DNA of 50,718 nucleotides from Catajapyx aquilonaris (GCA_000934665.2 JYFJ02000730.1:62001-112718); one strand, 5' to 3'; positions 1 to 13,358 are shown, numbered from the stretch's first letter. A program made the numbers and translations. The notes: generated from the sequence alone by a model not told the origin.

Positions 1-2930
1 AAAAAAATTGTTGCAGCTGTAACATATTTAATGAACCAAATGGCGACTGTGTGTATATTCGCACAGTTTTCCACGTCACATATGCAAATCGCACGTTTTT
101 TTTTGGTCTGGCTTCATCTCTCCACATGAATAATATGCAGAAATCGACAACACTTTGACCGCACAGTTTACTCAAAATTCGCATCCCGAAAATGGCAGCC
201 TGTAGGATGCTATAGCAAAAAAAAATTATTGTCAAAGCCTGAGGACAAAGCACGCGTGTGGCATTTGCACAGAGGGGGGATCGAGGAAGAAAGAAAAAAA
301 GAAAAACTGGAGTCGACAGTTGGCACTAATGAAAGATGACAAAATATATATTTTTGGTAATAATAGCAACTAGTTATTCAACTATGTTGTTAAATGTCTC
401 ATTTTTTTTTGTCCTCTGCATGTAATTTGTCGCCTCATATGAGTGCGTGTGTGCGACTTTTGATAATATACTCACACACGGTTATTTCCTAGCCTATCCC
501 TTATGTCCCCCACGCCTTGTGTTGTACCGGGGACGGCAGCTGCTATTTCCGACAGCAGCCAGAAACTTTTATGGGGTGTTGGTCTGAGGGGGGGTATATA
601 GGGGAAGGGGGGGTAAGGGTGCGAGTGTACTGACGAGGATAGTGGCGTAGCTAGTGTCCTCTGACGATGCTGGAGCCTTTTTTTTCGCATTGGAGGGCAA
701 ACGAGGTCACACGAGCGACACTCTTTTTTTTTTCCAACAACAAATGGTCTGTTTTTAGACACTTGGGATAACGACCCGCTCAATTTTTGCTTGGCAAACC
801 GCTTGATTGCGGATGATTATTCCCACAAGGAATTCATTCCATGCAAAAATTGCAATGGCGACTTTACTTTGCCAACTGTCTGGTTTTGCTTCTTTTTTTT
901 TGTGCAGGATCATTTGGGAGAAAGATATCGCGTTACATCAAGATGCATTTTCTGCACAGCACGCGCTCTCAGTGTGGGTCACAGTCTGAGGTTCGGATTA
1001 TGTACGCCATTAATATGAAATTATCCGGCATTGGTTCAGCACATATTCAGTTGGATCAACAACCAAAATTCAGTCCGGATAATAATTTCATTGGACCAAA
1101 ATTTTTGGCTCTAAGTCATGCACGCAAGAATGTGATGCTATTGTTTCATTGCTTGCATACTGATTCATCACATGGTGAAATGTCGACCTTTACCAACATG
1201 CTTTTCCCATTCTTTCCTGGAGCAAACAGAGACAATGGAAAGCAGTGTGACAATAGAAATAACCTCAGTCCAACTCATAAATTGGACAAATTTCAGGGAC
1301 AGCTCTTCTGATTGGCTTAAAAAAAAGAGCAATTGGGTCAATATACACTGCTAAAATCCTTACATATATATATTATGTTTTTGGTGCAGCACATGTCATG
1401 AGACAGGTCAATAATTAGCACTATGAGTTGTGGGGCCATATTTACTAAATGGTCAAATTGATAACCATGCAGAAAAATTATCATGTAAAATTTGCGACAT
1501 TTCAGTGTTTTAACACACAGTCAGAGAATGCAGGCAATAAATTATAGTTGAAAAATATGCTCTTCAGCACATTTTTGACCCATATCGACTACAATGGCAG
1601 GATTGTTGCAATATGTCCTCCGAGAGCCCGACAAAAGTGGTTCAAAAATACTGGGGGAACAATGGCACCATTGTGCTCATCCGGAATATAATTCGCCTTA
1701 AAGGCCAAGGGACTAGTTAGACAAACGACTGAGTATGCTTATGCAAAAAAAAAAACAGTGTTGTGCCTATAGCCTCCATTCGCAAGTTACACATGGGGAT
1801 CAAAAAAAAAAAAAAAGAGAGAGGCAAGGTTACTCCTCAGGTGGCATGCATCAGGTGGCAGAATTATACAGTCCATCCAGCTCCGCGCAAAATATCAGCC
1901 TCTATTTCTGCAAAAAGCTACCAGCAGAAAAAAAAACCGCCACGTCGCTACACCATGTTGAATGGAATTCACAGAATTGTCTGACACATTTTTTTTTTTT
2001 AATTAATCGTGTCACTGAAATGCCAATCGATCCTCACATGTCGAAGTTAAGTCTAAATTCAGAGAGATTATTAGCAGATATTCTTAAATGATTCGTTTCC
2101 TTTAGTATTTTCCATGTAGCAATATTTGCTTTGGATCCTTCCCATTCAAACAAACAAACTATCCGATGAACCTCTTCTGATGTCACTTCCCCTGATTTGT
2201 GGATACAAAAGAGGTTGTCTTAACTTTACAAGCGTCGTTTAAATTCGGTCAATATTTTGTGTCAATTAACTAATCCCATTGGTTTTAATCGGAGTATTTA
2301 AAGACAACCTCTATGAATTGTGCCTGTAATTTTCCATTGCCAAACATTACTTAAAATCACACTATTTCAAACAGTGCAAGTCAGACAACTTCTTTAAATT
2401 CCGTCCCTAATAGTTAAGTACAGTACTATACACAATGCCTACGATATCTGCAACATTTGCAACCCAGCTTTTTCAAGTTAGCAAACCTCTCCTAAATCCA
2501 CTTGTTACACTCCCCCAATATATGAAACTCCGCAGTTTCTCACACCGTTGAATCAAATTACTCTTCTCCAACTCACAGCAACTAAGAAAACCTTTTTACT
2601 GTCGTGCTGGTTAGGTAAGGCTCTGCTATGTCATAACCCAATTTAATAATTAAATAAATAAATAAATAAACAACTAAAAGAGGTTAGGTGGGGGACTCAA
2701 CATTCAGCATAAAAGACAAAAAAGCTTTTCCAGCACTTCGCTTTGCTTCCACTCACTACACTAGATCCTAATGCTGCACAGCACATTACTTCTGATTGAA
2801 GAGGTCAACTTGAAGTTATTGCTCGCTTGAAGAGGGAAGGGGGAGGAAGGCCAACTCAGAAGGCAACAAATAATAATTAAAAAATTGTCAACAAATAAAT
2901 CAAAGACATACCAACCACACAGCAGATGGG

Positions 2931-3320
2931 CAATATTGGGGAAGTTACTTTTAAAAAGTAACTAGTTACAGAGTTTATTCGCAAAAGTTACTCTCAGATT
3001 TGAAAGCGACTCACTACACAAAAATGTAACGTGTTTGCCAAATTAACTAGTTCTTTGCTCGCCAAAGTTAACCACTGAAAATAGCTGACTTTTTAAATAA
3101 CCTAATCATCGCAGTTTATTTCTGTAATATCATAATTGGCTGGTAACGAGAGTAACCAAAAGGCTAAACGCAATTAATCAAGCAAAATCTAACCTGAGGT
3201 ACCATTACTTTTTTAAAGTAACTAGGTTGTAGTTACTAAATGTGATCCGAAGTATTGAAAAACGTAACTAGTTACTCACAAAAGAACGAGACACTTCTAC
3301 TCAGTTACTCCCCAACACTG
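2931..3320. mobile_element. hAT-type MITE
   Basis: Imperfect TIRs CAATATTGGGGAAGTTAC / GTTACTCCCCAACACTG; 8-bp TSD CAGATGGG/CAAATGGG; internal GTAACTAGTTAC palindromes. Confidence 0.7.
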
Positions 3321-5213
3321 CAAATGGGACTACAACAACAACGCCATTTTAAACCTTTACGTGCACAAAAATTAATTAATCCAATGTCACAAAAAAACGC
3401 TTGTGTAAATTCTCTCAAAATCTCACACCAAGGAGATCTTTAAATATACATACTCAACCAATGGCTTCCTGGGACTCCCATAAACCATGAAAACATCAAA
3501 ATCGAATAATTAGTGGCATGGAATGGGCATACTGTTCATGTAAAATGTAACATCACTTTCTATGTCTGTTGTTTTTTTTAGTCCCGACAAGCCTTGCTAG
3601 GATCAAATAGTTAGTACAATTGGCGAACCACAAATTAAGACTTTAAACAACTCGTATGTCTCCACGATTTACACAGCAGTGTCCCTTAGTGTACAGTCGT
3701 CTGCCAACAATCTGGACTCCTAAGAGACCACCGTGATACTTTACGACATAGCTACGGGCTAGACAAATGAGCAATGTTGCCGCACTACGGAAGTCAGCGT
3801 TGCATGCCACAAGGTATAAATTTTTAAGATGCTAGTACGGGCAACGGCAGAATATTGATATGACCACAGCAAGAGTCACAGAGAGCGCTGCAAAGAGGTA
3901 ACTAAAAACATTTGCGCTATTTTTTCAATGCCATCCAACAAGTTTATGACCAGCATATATTTTAAGCAGAAACACCCAACCTACAAGGCTAACATTATGT
4001 TTCACAGCTGCAGTGAATAAATGTTCTAGTAATCTAAGCTACCATTCCACCTAAAATGGCAGCGGCATCCTTAACTCTGCTATCTAAATCGGTCGAAGAT
4101 CTAGCTCCAATGAGTCAGACGAGCGGAGTTTGGGCAAAATTTAGACTGGCACGGCTCCAGGCTGAGGCATTCATTTAATTGCATGCTGTACTTTTCCACT
4201 TACACAATTACGTTTAAAAAAAATTAACCGTTGGCCTGTCGACTTAACCACTTTGAGTTAAACACCAAATCATCTTGTTAATTTATTTATATTTATTTTA
4301 ATTTACACTGGTGGGCAAACAGCCCTTACGTGATTTGTACAAACTGTGGTAACATAATGTGCACACTGGAGCATACAAGTCAATTAACTCCCAACTAGCT
4401 TTTCTGTTACTATTATTGATCCCTCTAACATGGGCTGTAATGGCAGAAGTTAATTGATGCCAAAATTATCAGCTGCACTTCTTTCCGCCAATCGACAGTA
4501 CTTTTTAAAGCTCATGTTAATGACAGTGCCACTACAACGTCATGCACTGCCAGGCACAACTTAACAAAGGCTACATCACCACATGTTTGAACAATGATCG
4601 GAAGGATTCAGCAGTTAAGTGGAATCAGAAGCAATTAAATATTTGCCCATAGCATGGCCGTATTTATATTACTTGACACACTAGGTACAGTGCATAACCC
4701 TAGCAACAACTCATACACATCCGATTTTAATCATAGCGGAAACAGACGAACCAAAAACTCCTGTACGTAAGTCAAGTTTTCATCTCAAATCCTTTTACAA
4801 TCACAGCGATAGTTAAATAGTTGTAAAATTTACACCCAAATAATTCGTCTCAGCCTGAGAGTACCCATTAAAACTAAGGTGTTACTTCATTGTGGCCTCC
4901 AATTCCGTTTAATCTCACATGACAAAAGACTATAAAAATCTAGCTCCTGTATCCAAACATGAGAATTACTTATCTAAGCAGCTTATCGGCCAGTGACACA
5001 CCGCAACACAACCTTGTCTTCCTAGTAAAAGTCGCTTGCAACGAAACATACCAAAAAAACTACAGCAAACCCTGATTACGTCCGGACAATCCAGCTCCGG
5101 CTATAAACATATAAGTATGTCCTCACTGTTATGTACGATATATTTGTTTTGCCTTAGTCAAATTGTACATACCGTAGTGTATGTAAGTGGTAAATAGGCC
5201 TACTTCACCATGA

Positions 5214-5353
5214 CATGTTCCTGTCTACTACAGCATGTTCCGGTGTACTACAGCACGTTCCGTTCTACTACAGCATGTTCCGTTCTCCTAAGGCGTGTTC
5301 CGTTCTACTACGGCGTGTTCCGTTCTACTACGGCATGTTCCGTTCTACTACGG
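5214..5353. repeat. 20-bp minisatellite x7 (CATGTTCCGTTCTACTACGG) in RBM24 intron 1
   Basis: Directly visible tandem array ~80 nt from the splice donor. Confidence 0.95.
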
Positions 5354-5431
5354 CTGGCACTACAGTGCGGCAACAATGCTCCGAGTGGCGGTACCAACGT
5401 TTTCTGATTGCGTGTACTGAGGGATACTCAC

Positions 5432-5812
5432 AAATCCGTATCCCCTGCTCTTCCCGGTCTGCCTATCCGTGATGACCACAGCCTCCTCGATGTCCCCGTA
5501 GACGGCGAAGTGATCCCTGAGGCTCTTGTCGGTGGTGTGGTAGGGCAGCCCGCCGACGAACAGCTTGGTCCAGGTGGTGTCCTTCTGGGTGGGCATCCCG
5601 GGGGCGGCCCCGTTGGGCTGCTGTCCCGGCTGCGGCGTCTGCGAGCCCCCCTGTCCGCCCCCGGGTCCTGGTCCGCCCGGGGTCATGGGCGGCGAGTTGG
5701 CGAGGGCCGCTGCCGCCGCCACCGCCGCCGCCACCGACGAGGCGTCTCCCGCCCCCGTGTGCGCCCCCATGGCGTCCAAGCACAGCCCTGGCCCCCCCGC
5801 CGGCATCAGCAT
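5432..5812 (-). CDS. RBM24: RNA-binding protein 24/38 (SEB4/SUP-12 family), first coding exon; later exons are not in the window (beyond position 1)
   Basis: Encodes [52 protein letters not shown], the RBM24/38 RRM start (RNP2 and RNP1). Ends at phase-0 donor GTGAGT (5431), the intron position known from vertebrate RBM24. Start ATG 5812 is uncertain (alternatives 5806, 5770, 5596). No continuation exon found in 1-5400. Confidence 0.9.
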
Positions 5813-6114
5813 GGTCGGTCGAAGCAGGAGGTGCCTAATCAACTTGTGGAACACACAACACAACAACTACACTGGTTGCTGGGGGGGGGGACTCTCTCTT
5901 GTTCCGACTCCTGTTGCCCAGCCCTGCCTCGTCGAACTGTGTGCCGCCGATGGGTGATGATGTTCCAGTGTGTTCCAGTGTTCCACTCTCCCCCTCCCCA
6001 CCTACCTCCCGCACCCGGCATCCATTCCCGGTAAGGGTTTGGCCCACTCCAACCACCCGCCGCCATTTTGGATCCTGAATCACCATTAGCGCTATTCCAT
6101 TTAAACTTTTTTAT

Positions 6115-6358
6115 TACTGTTGAATACGGTTATGACAGACTGATTTATTCCGCGGTCCCTTATTGATGTCTGTTATATCCGGATTCAACTGTAATTAATA
6201 AATCAGTGGAGATCACACAGTCTTGTTATAATCGATGTTTGTTATAGCCGAATCCACGAACCATATATGCGGAAGTGTATGGCAGGACCGGTCTTTCGAG
6301 TCTGTTATAACCGAAAGTATGTTATAGACGAGGCTCTTATGTCAGGATTCAACTGTAT
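6115..6358. mobile_element. Tc1/pogo(Tigger)-like MITE fragments
   Basis: TA-CTGTTGAAT...ATTCAACTG-TA mini element (6115-6193), a second GATTCAACTGTA end, and repeated GTTATA motifs. Confidence 0.55.
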
Positions 6359-6469
6359 ATAATTATGTTTATTTTGCTATTTAATTAATTTTCTGGTTTC
6401 ATTGTTTCACCTGATTGTTTTAGTTTATTATATTCATTTAATTTATTTTTAATTTATTGTCTGTTTAAT

Positions 6470-6960
6470 TTTGCTGTATTTATAAAATGAATGATCCCTG
6501 CTTTATTTTATTTTTATTTGAATTTATTTTATTCGTTTTATTTTATTTTATTTTGTTTAAAAAATAAACAAATCCCGGGTTTATTGTTAATTTTAATATT
6601 CTTACGTTATTAATTCGTTGATTTTTCATTTCATTTATTTATAAAAAACGAATAATCCCTGCTTTATTTCATTCTAATTTTCTTACGTTATTTATCTTAT
6701 TGGTTTATTTTGTTTATTTTATTTATAAAATGAATAATCCCGGGTTTATTTTTAATTTTCATATTCTTACGTTATTAATTCGTTGATTTTTCATTTCATT
6801 TATTTATAAAAAAAATGAATAATCCCTGCGCTTTATTTTATTTTAATTTTCTTACGTTACTTATTTTATTGGTTTTATTTTATTTTATTTTATTTATAAA
6901 ATAAATAAACCCGGGTTTATTTTTAATTTTCATATTCTTGCGTTATTAATCTCATTTATT
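6470..6960. repeat. AT-rich degenerate tandem repeat
   Basis: Recurring ATAAAATGAATAATCCC...TTCTTACGTTAT blocks. Confidence 0.7.
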
Positions 6961-7426
6961 TGATATAGAAAATGAGTGGTTCCTGCTATAGTAGGCCTAT
7001 AGCCTCCGGTACTGTCCGGCCAGAATAATGCAACAACAATTATTATAAGGTACGCATATTTAAATAATCTTTAGTGCGACGCCCTCATTTTCACAGAGAG
7101 TAATAAGGTTGAGTACTATAGTTGTATGCGGTTCCTGCTGTTCATCCTCACCATATTTTTTGGTGGGTCCTCTCAAGTATTATTCATGCCACCTTTATTG
7201 TCCGGTGTCATGCTCTTTCCTTATTGATTCGCCTGGAAAGAATAAGGGCGTTACGTGATGTCTAGTCCTATAGTGTATAGTGAAGGGGAGGGTGGGGGGA
7301 GAGAAAAAAATGGGCGAAAATGAAATAGTCTGTACNGGGGGGGGGGAACCAAGTACAGCATAGAGAGTGGGAGAATTTGCGATGCAACAGGTTGATAAGT
7401 GCAAGTCTTTCGCAGTTTTTAACAAC

Positions 7427-7428
7427 AT

Positions 7429-7461
<33 letters not shown>

Positions 7462-7512
7462 AATAATAATAATAATCATCATCATCATCATCATCATCAT
7501 CATAATCATAAT
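7427..7512. repeat. Compound microsatellite (CAA)n(TAA)n(CAT)n
   Basis: Directly visible. Confidence 0.9.
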
Positions 7513-8262
7513 CACATTTGCTGTCTGTCACTCGACATTTTTTTTCTTCATATAGATTATTGTTTGGTGTGTACCTGATGTACAGTACAAGTACAGTACT
7601 CGTACTCGTGCAATTGCTGCTGAATTAAATAAATTTGGCGCGCGTTTTGAATGGGACTGGAAATGGACGTGCCTTTGCCCATACTCTCCTAGACATTATG
7701 GGATCGAAAATTCGGCAACGTGCTGTCGGGGGTCAAAGGTCGCAGCTGCCTCGCATGCGCACGGTGGGGGGGTTGGGTGGGTGGGTCTCTAGGTAGCATG
7801 TACAGAGAGTATACTCATGGGGGGACAGACAGGGCATTTTTGGCCCAACAGCTGCATGTGGTAGTTAGCTGGCTGCTCTGGAGGAGGTGTCTGGGAGTGG
7901 GTGGACGTGTGTGACGCAGGGGGGGGTAACCCACCCACCCACCTAGAGGGCATTGTGGTGGTAACGCTAATAGGACCATCACGATAAGCTTGCCATCCGC
8001 CCCTCCTAACACACACACACACACTCGAGAAGGTCGTATCTCAGTGAGTAAATCATGGTGACAATGCTTCGCACGACATTTAATTGCGACAATGCCACTT
8101 GTTTCAACTTTTATTAAGAAAAATCTCCAATTAAATATTGCGATTACCAATACTGTGCGTAATTGGGGATTTTTTTATTATTCGTCTCGTACGCCTTAAA
8201 ACCTAAAAGGTGACACTATTATTGATGCAGATTAACGATAAACTAGTGGCTATAAAGCGACA

Positions 8263-8422
8263 TTTGGCAACACTGCTTGGACGTAGTACGATTTGTCACT
8301 ACCAGATGGCGCGCGCATATTTCCTCTCTGCACGCTACTGCGCCACGCTGTAACTACGGTAACTACATGCACCTTGGTGATGAGTCAACCACGTGTATAG
8401 GGACAAAGTCACCCCTAGCCAA
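8263..8422 (+). mobile_element. Dispersed repeat family A copy (others at ~11392-11585, ~11615-11810, ~35364-35507, and partial at 48175)
   Basis: Shared blocks TTTGGCAACACTGC, CTTGGACGTAGTACGAT, CAGATGGCGCGC and AACTACATGCACGTTGGTGATGAGTC. Confidence 0.75.
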
Positions 8423-10544
8423 TATCTAATTATTGCGAATATTATTGGAGATTTTTCATTCGCATGTGCTGATCTAATAACTGACCATAAAGGAAACACT
8501 AATACTTATGGACTTACGGTGTTGTAGGCCTACACATTTTCCACTACCGCATAAGTCCATAACAATTAGAGAAATGGTTGTAAAATTAATCTGCAAGTTG
8601 TAACCCAATGTTAATAATAATTTAATATGGTCTACTGAATTGTTTTGTGTTTGTCTCGTAGCGTATAATGTGAGCATATCTTGTTGCATGCCATGTTTTT
8701 TTTATCTATACATCAAGATGCAACAGGCTGTCTGAAGTGATTACATTACAATGCGCTATATACAATTCCTTCACAACGGTACCTATACATACATATTGAA
8801 AACCATACAGCTGCAGGAAGACACCTATGCAATACCATTCCTACCGCAACAGTTCATGCCGTCTACATAAAAATAAGTTCCGCAGTGCCATATGCTTGAA
8901 TAAAGCTGTTTATGCACATGTGGGTTTTTTTGGTACATATTCAACGCACCGCAACTAGCGGCATAATTAAGGGCCTTATTTCCAGCCTGAGCAATATAAG
9001 CCCCCCCTAATAACCACCCGGCAGCACTTGCGGCGTTATGTGTTTCAAGTCATTTCGCACCCGGCTGTAAAGGTATTTGAGGACAGTTAACTCTGGAGTG
9101 CAACTCATGCACCCGGCTGTCCCCGCAACCCCCATCGTATAGCCAGCTACTGACTTTTGCTATTCCGAAAACTATTTGCGTACCCGAAAGAGAGAAGTCG
9201 AGCCAAAATTGTCCACCCCCCATCCCCCACCACCCCATTGCTCATTTGGCATGGTGCCTTTTGCCTCCTCCGCCTCGGGATCAAAGCCAGAGCATATCTT
9301 CAGCATTGTTGACGTTGGAAGAATGGCAACAACTTGAACAGACACCGACGCCAACAATACACCTTGAACAATAAAAAAAAAATTGGACTGGGTTTGTCCA
9401 TCGGGGTGAGAGACACCCTTCTGGAGCAAGAACCATGCATTTAAACATTTATGTGACGGATACAGCCTACGTCACTTCCATCGTTTCGCCGCCGCGGCAA
9501 AAACAGAGTTTGAATTTGGCGGGAGGAAACAGGTCTTCCAGTTCTTGTCGCCAGATGGCAGGACAATATGGGCCAATTTTGTCAGCCTCTGAAGGGCAAC
9601 GCCATCTGGTGTCATTTTGTCCAACTACTAGCAGAAGTATCGTATTCACCAGCAGCAATACCGTAAATATATTTTAATGTATGTAAATGCTGTTTTACAG
9701 TTGAAACAATTCATTTTCCTGCATTTTTAGGCATTATTCAGTTATTTTCCGGACAAACTCTCATGTTATATAGGCCTACTTGATTTCCACTCCTGCTGGT
9801 CCGGCATAAGGTGGCCAGTAACCTGACGAAATTGACACAAAAATTTTCTCTAATAAATCCCCTAGCCATAAGGTAGAAGGCGAATTGCCTGAGTTGCCTA
9901 TGCCCCTATACATATGGATGTGGCTCTGCCACTAAATAAAATGACTGATGAGATTATTGCAATATTTTTTTTTGGCACAAAGTGGCCGGAGTGAAGGGGG
10001 GGAAAAAAGACGTCAAAATGGAAATTGATGAATGAGTATGCGAAATGTGAAGTGCCATTCATCTCTTGTGATGTCACGCCCGCACTTAAGAGGATGAGGG
10101 TGGTCATCGAGTGCCCAGGGAGTGGATGGGAAGGGCAATTTTCATACAAAATTAGTGGTTTTGAACCGAAGCGACAGAGTGATGGATGAATTTCGACAGA
10201 AGTGGGCATCTGGGCCATATTCAAAATTTATTGGGTCTGACCTTACATCATTTTCTCCCTCTCATGCCCCGAAAGACAGGTGACCCCATGCAGAGTGACC
10301 GCTGGTGTGACATCATAATCACATCTGGCACCCTGTAAACATGTCCGGTCAGACTGGTTTACGAGATTCGCTCTTCGACACGTCCAAACATATTTTAGAC
10401 TCACGCACTTTATTGCCACTAACTTTACCTATATATTACTATTCGATGTTAACTGGTCGGAATGATTGTTGTCAAAAGCCTTCAGAGACAATCAAACTTT
10501 TTAAATTCCTGAAAAGTTAATTACGACGACGAGGCATACTTAGG

Positions 10545-10545
<1 letters not shown>

Positions 10546-10611
<66 letters not shown>
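10546..10611. repeat. (TA)n microsatellite
   Basis: Directly visible. Confidence 0.95.
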
Positions 10612-10618
<7 letters not shown>

Positions 10619-11253
10619 TAAGGCGTAGCCTACTGTGGTTAACGAATTAGCAGGAGTTGAATTTTAACCTTGGTAATTACTTTTTTAATTTTCCTAATCT
10701 GCAATAGTTGTGTCTTGTCATTTAATTTTCTTTGGGACTATGTTTCACTTGCTATAATTATATATTTTTTATTTCGTATAATGTACTTTGCATGAAGCAT
10801 CGAACTTTTTCAGGCAATGCCAATTCGTTTACATACCGGTAATTATTATGACGTCATTGATCTGTCGTGTGAACATATTGCTACATGCTGCGTATACATA
10901 CCTTACTGAAATAATTCGCAATAATTAGACTGTTAATTTTTCGGGCTGACTACAATCAAACGAATCATATGTTAAATAAAACCCTGGCACAGTCTATATA
11001 GGTTTGAAATTAAACTGAACACGCAGCTGTACTGTAAACGGCATTGTGTCCAAAATAACATAAACCGAATGCCCCCGCAATTGTGACATTATAATACATG
11101 ATCGTTAATTACAATCACCTACGCCGCAATTAATTATACCGCACATAACAAACTGATACACACAACTTTGCTATATTACCAACGATCAGATTTCACACAT
11201 ATTATTTTGAGCACTATACACCACCCTGCAATTTGCGATGGAAATGGTGCTGC

Positions 11254-11338
<85 letters not shown>
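11254..11338. repeat. (ATT)n microsatellite
   Basis: Directly visible. Confidence 0.95.
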
Positions 11339-11339
<1 letters not shown>

Positions 11340-11391
11340 CATGGTGACCAGTTGCAATGGGCACACAAACAATCTTTCCACTACATGTTAT

Positions 11392-11810
11392 GTTGCCAAA
11401 ATTTGGTAACACTGCCCAGCCCGTCCCCTCACTTGGACGTAGTGCTACTACATGCCACAAGCAGATGACGCGCATCCTCCCTCAATTGCACACTATATAA
11501 TATTATTATACTCCAACTCCAAGACAGTGGTAATAACTATGGCAACAACTACATGCACCTAGGTGATAAGTCGCGCCTAGCCAATTCTATGTTACTATGT
11601 ATAGTAGCAGACCAGTTACCAAAATTTGGCAACACTGCTTGGCCCACCCTCCAATAACTTGGACGTAGTACGATAGGCGACTTCCAGTTGGCGAATAGGC
11701 TGTCGTCCCTCTGCTGCTCTGCACACTGCTGCCGTGCTTAGGGAGAAAGTAGTACTACATGAACCGATGCACGTTGGTGATGAGTCGCCGCGCGGACAAA
11801 GCCCACCAGG
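11392..11810 (+). mobile_element. Two tandem copies of repeat family A
   Basis: Each begins with the palindrome GTT(G/A)CCAAAATTTGG(T/C)AAC followed by the family A blocks. Confidence 0.7.
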
Positions 11811-11909
11811 GTGATATGCTACTGTTCTCTAATTGTTGAACGGAGAAAGCGATAACTATAGTAACTATTACATATTGTTTACGAGGTGTAACACGCATTC
11901 TCAATTCTA

Positions 11910-11961
11910 TATTATTATTATTATTATTATTATAATTATTATTATTATTATTATTATTATA

Positions 11962-12039
<78 letters not shown>

Positions 12040-12048
12040 ATTGTTATT

Positions 12049-12119
<71 letters not shown>
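11910..12119. repeat. Compound microsatellite (ATT)n(GTT)n(ATC)n
   Basis: Directly visible. Confidence 0.95.
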
Positions 12120-12273
12120 AAATAGGGTACAGGCAAAAATAGTGTCCGCCATCTTTGATTCGCGCGTGTGGATATAACACCCTCGGCTATAACAGACTTT
12201 CATCGCGGTTACAACAGGCAGCTGTCCCGGCAAACTTCCATATAAGACCCTGTGTATTTTTTTAAAACTCCTG

Positions 12274-12665
12274 GGGCCGAATTCAGAGAGGTTGCTTAAC
12301 GTAAACGCGCCCGATTAAATCCTTTAGTCAGCCTCGATTAGCAAATTTAATCAACCTGCTAATACTAAAGACGGCGATTAGCGCTAAACGCCCCCTAATC
12401 GCACTTGCTAGCACTTTTAAATTTGCTAATCGAGGATAACTAAGGGCCGAATTCAGAGAGGTTGCTAGTTAACGTAAACGCGCCCGATTAAATCCTTTAG
12501 TCATCCTCGATTAGCAAATTTAAAAGTGCTAGCAAGTGCGATTAGGAGGCGTTTAGCGCTAATCGCCGTCTTTGTATTAGCAGGTTGGTTAAATTTGCTA
12601 GTCGAGGATGACTAAAGGATTTAATCGGGCGCGTTTACGTTAAGCAACCTCTCTGAATTCGGCCC
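12274..12665. mobile_element. PIF/Harbinger-type composite palindromic MITE, nested in a Tigger-like remnant (~12170-12797)
   Basis: TIR GGGCCGAATTCAGAGAGGTTGC at both ends, 3-bp TSD CTG, and a third TIR copy at 12444. Confidence 0.85.
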
Positions 12666-12794
12666 CTGATAATTATAACAGTCTCATTTTCACCTCACAT
12701 CGGCTGTAACATACTAAATTTTTTGCACAAAAAAGGCGACTTCGCTATGACAGACTGGCGCGGTCCCTTGAGTCTGGTATATCAGGAGTCAACT

Positions 12795-12877
<83 letters not shown>

Positions 12878-12891
12878 AATTATAAATCATG

Positions 12892-13154
12892 CCCCGTTAT
12901 CAGCCTATCTGCTCTTTAGGGGGGAAGTTTTTTGTTTTGCCTGGAACTTTCATTTTACTGCGCTTTTTGGGATAGGATAGGGACGGAAGGAAGCGGCTGT
13001 GGCCTATTAATTACGGAAGCAACTCTGGAATTTTCCTGGAAGGGCCGTGGGAAACCACAGAAAACCACGGCCTGAGTTGCCGGCCCCGGGATACGAACCC
13101 AGGACCTCCCGATTAGCAGTCGGACGCCTTATCCACTATGCCAACCTGCTTCGG

Positions 13155-13155
<1 letters not shown>
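12892..13155 (-). mobile_element. tRNA-derived SINE
   Basis: A box TGGCATAGTGG and B box GGTTCGTATCC on the - strand; flanked on both sides by (TTA)n-TAAATCATG. Confidence 0.8.
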
Positions 13156-13219
<64 letters not shown>

Positions 13220-13358
13220 ATCATGGTTGAATGCTGTCAATTAGTAATATTATGTATGGAGGGGTATGGTGGGTATGAAGGGTGGGTTATTCTGGGTGGG
13301 GGTTTTGAGGGGGTGGTGGGTCGGGGGCGCGTGTCGGGCACCCCTGCGACTCTTTTCC

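Noticed and set aside
841..1311. 156-aa ORF (and other long intergenic ORFs such as 35424-35885 and 27887-28342)
   Set aside because: No recognisable motifs or coding-like composition; some overlap repeats.
5408..6034. 208-aa + strand ORF and similar antisense ORFs over Hey, tribbles and RPL30
   Set aside because: Shadow frames of GC-rich real exons.
9172..9429. Possible upstream exon or ORF on the - strand
   Set aside because: Only an acceptor-like site; no recognisable protein or matching donor.
11176..12233. Poly-I/N/D/L ORFs (also 7195-7555, 13047-13244, 36555-36824)
   Set aside because: Translations of microsatellites or low-complexity DNA.
13046..13053. Perfect Su(H) site CGTGGGAA
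   Set aside because: Lies inside a SINE body, so it is not counted as evidence for the enhancer.
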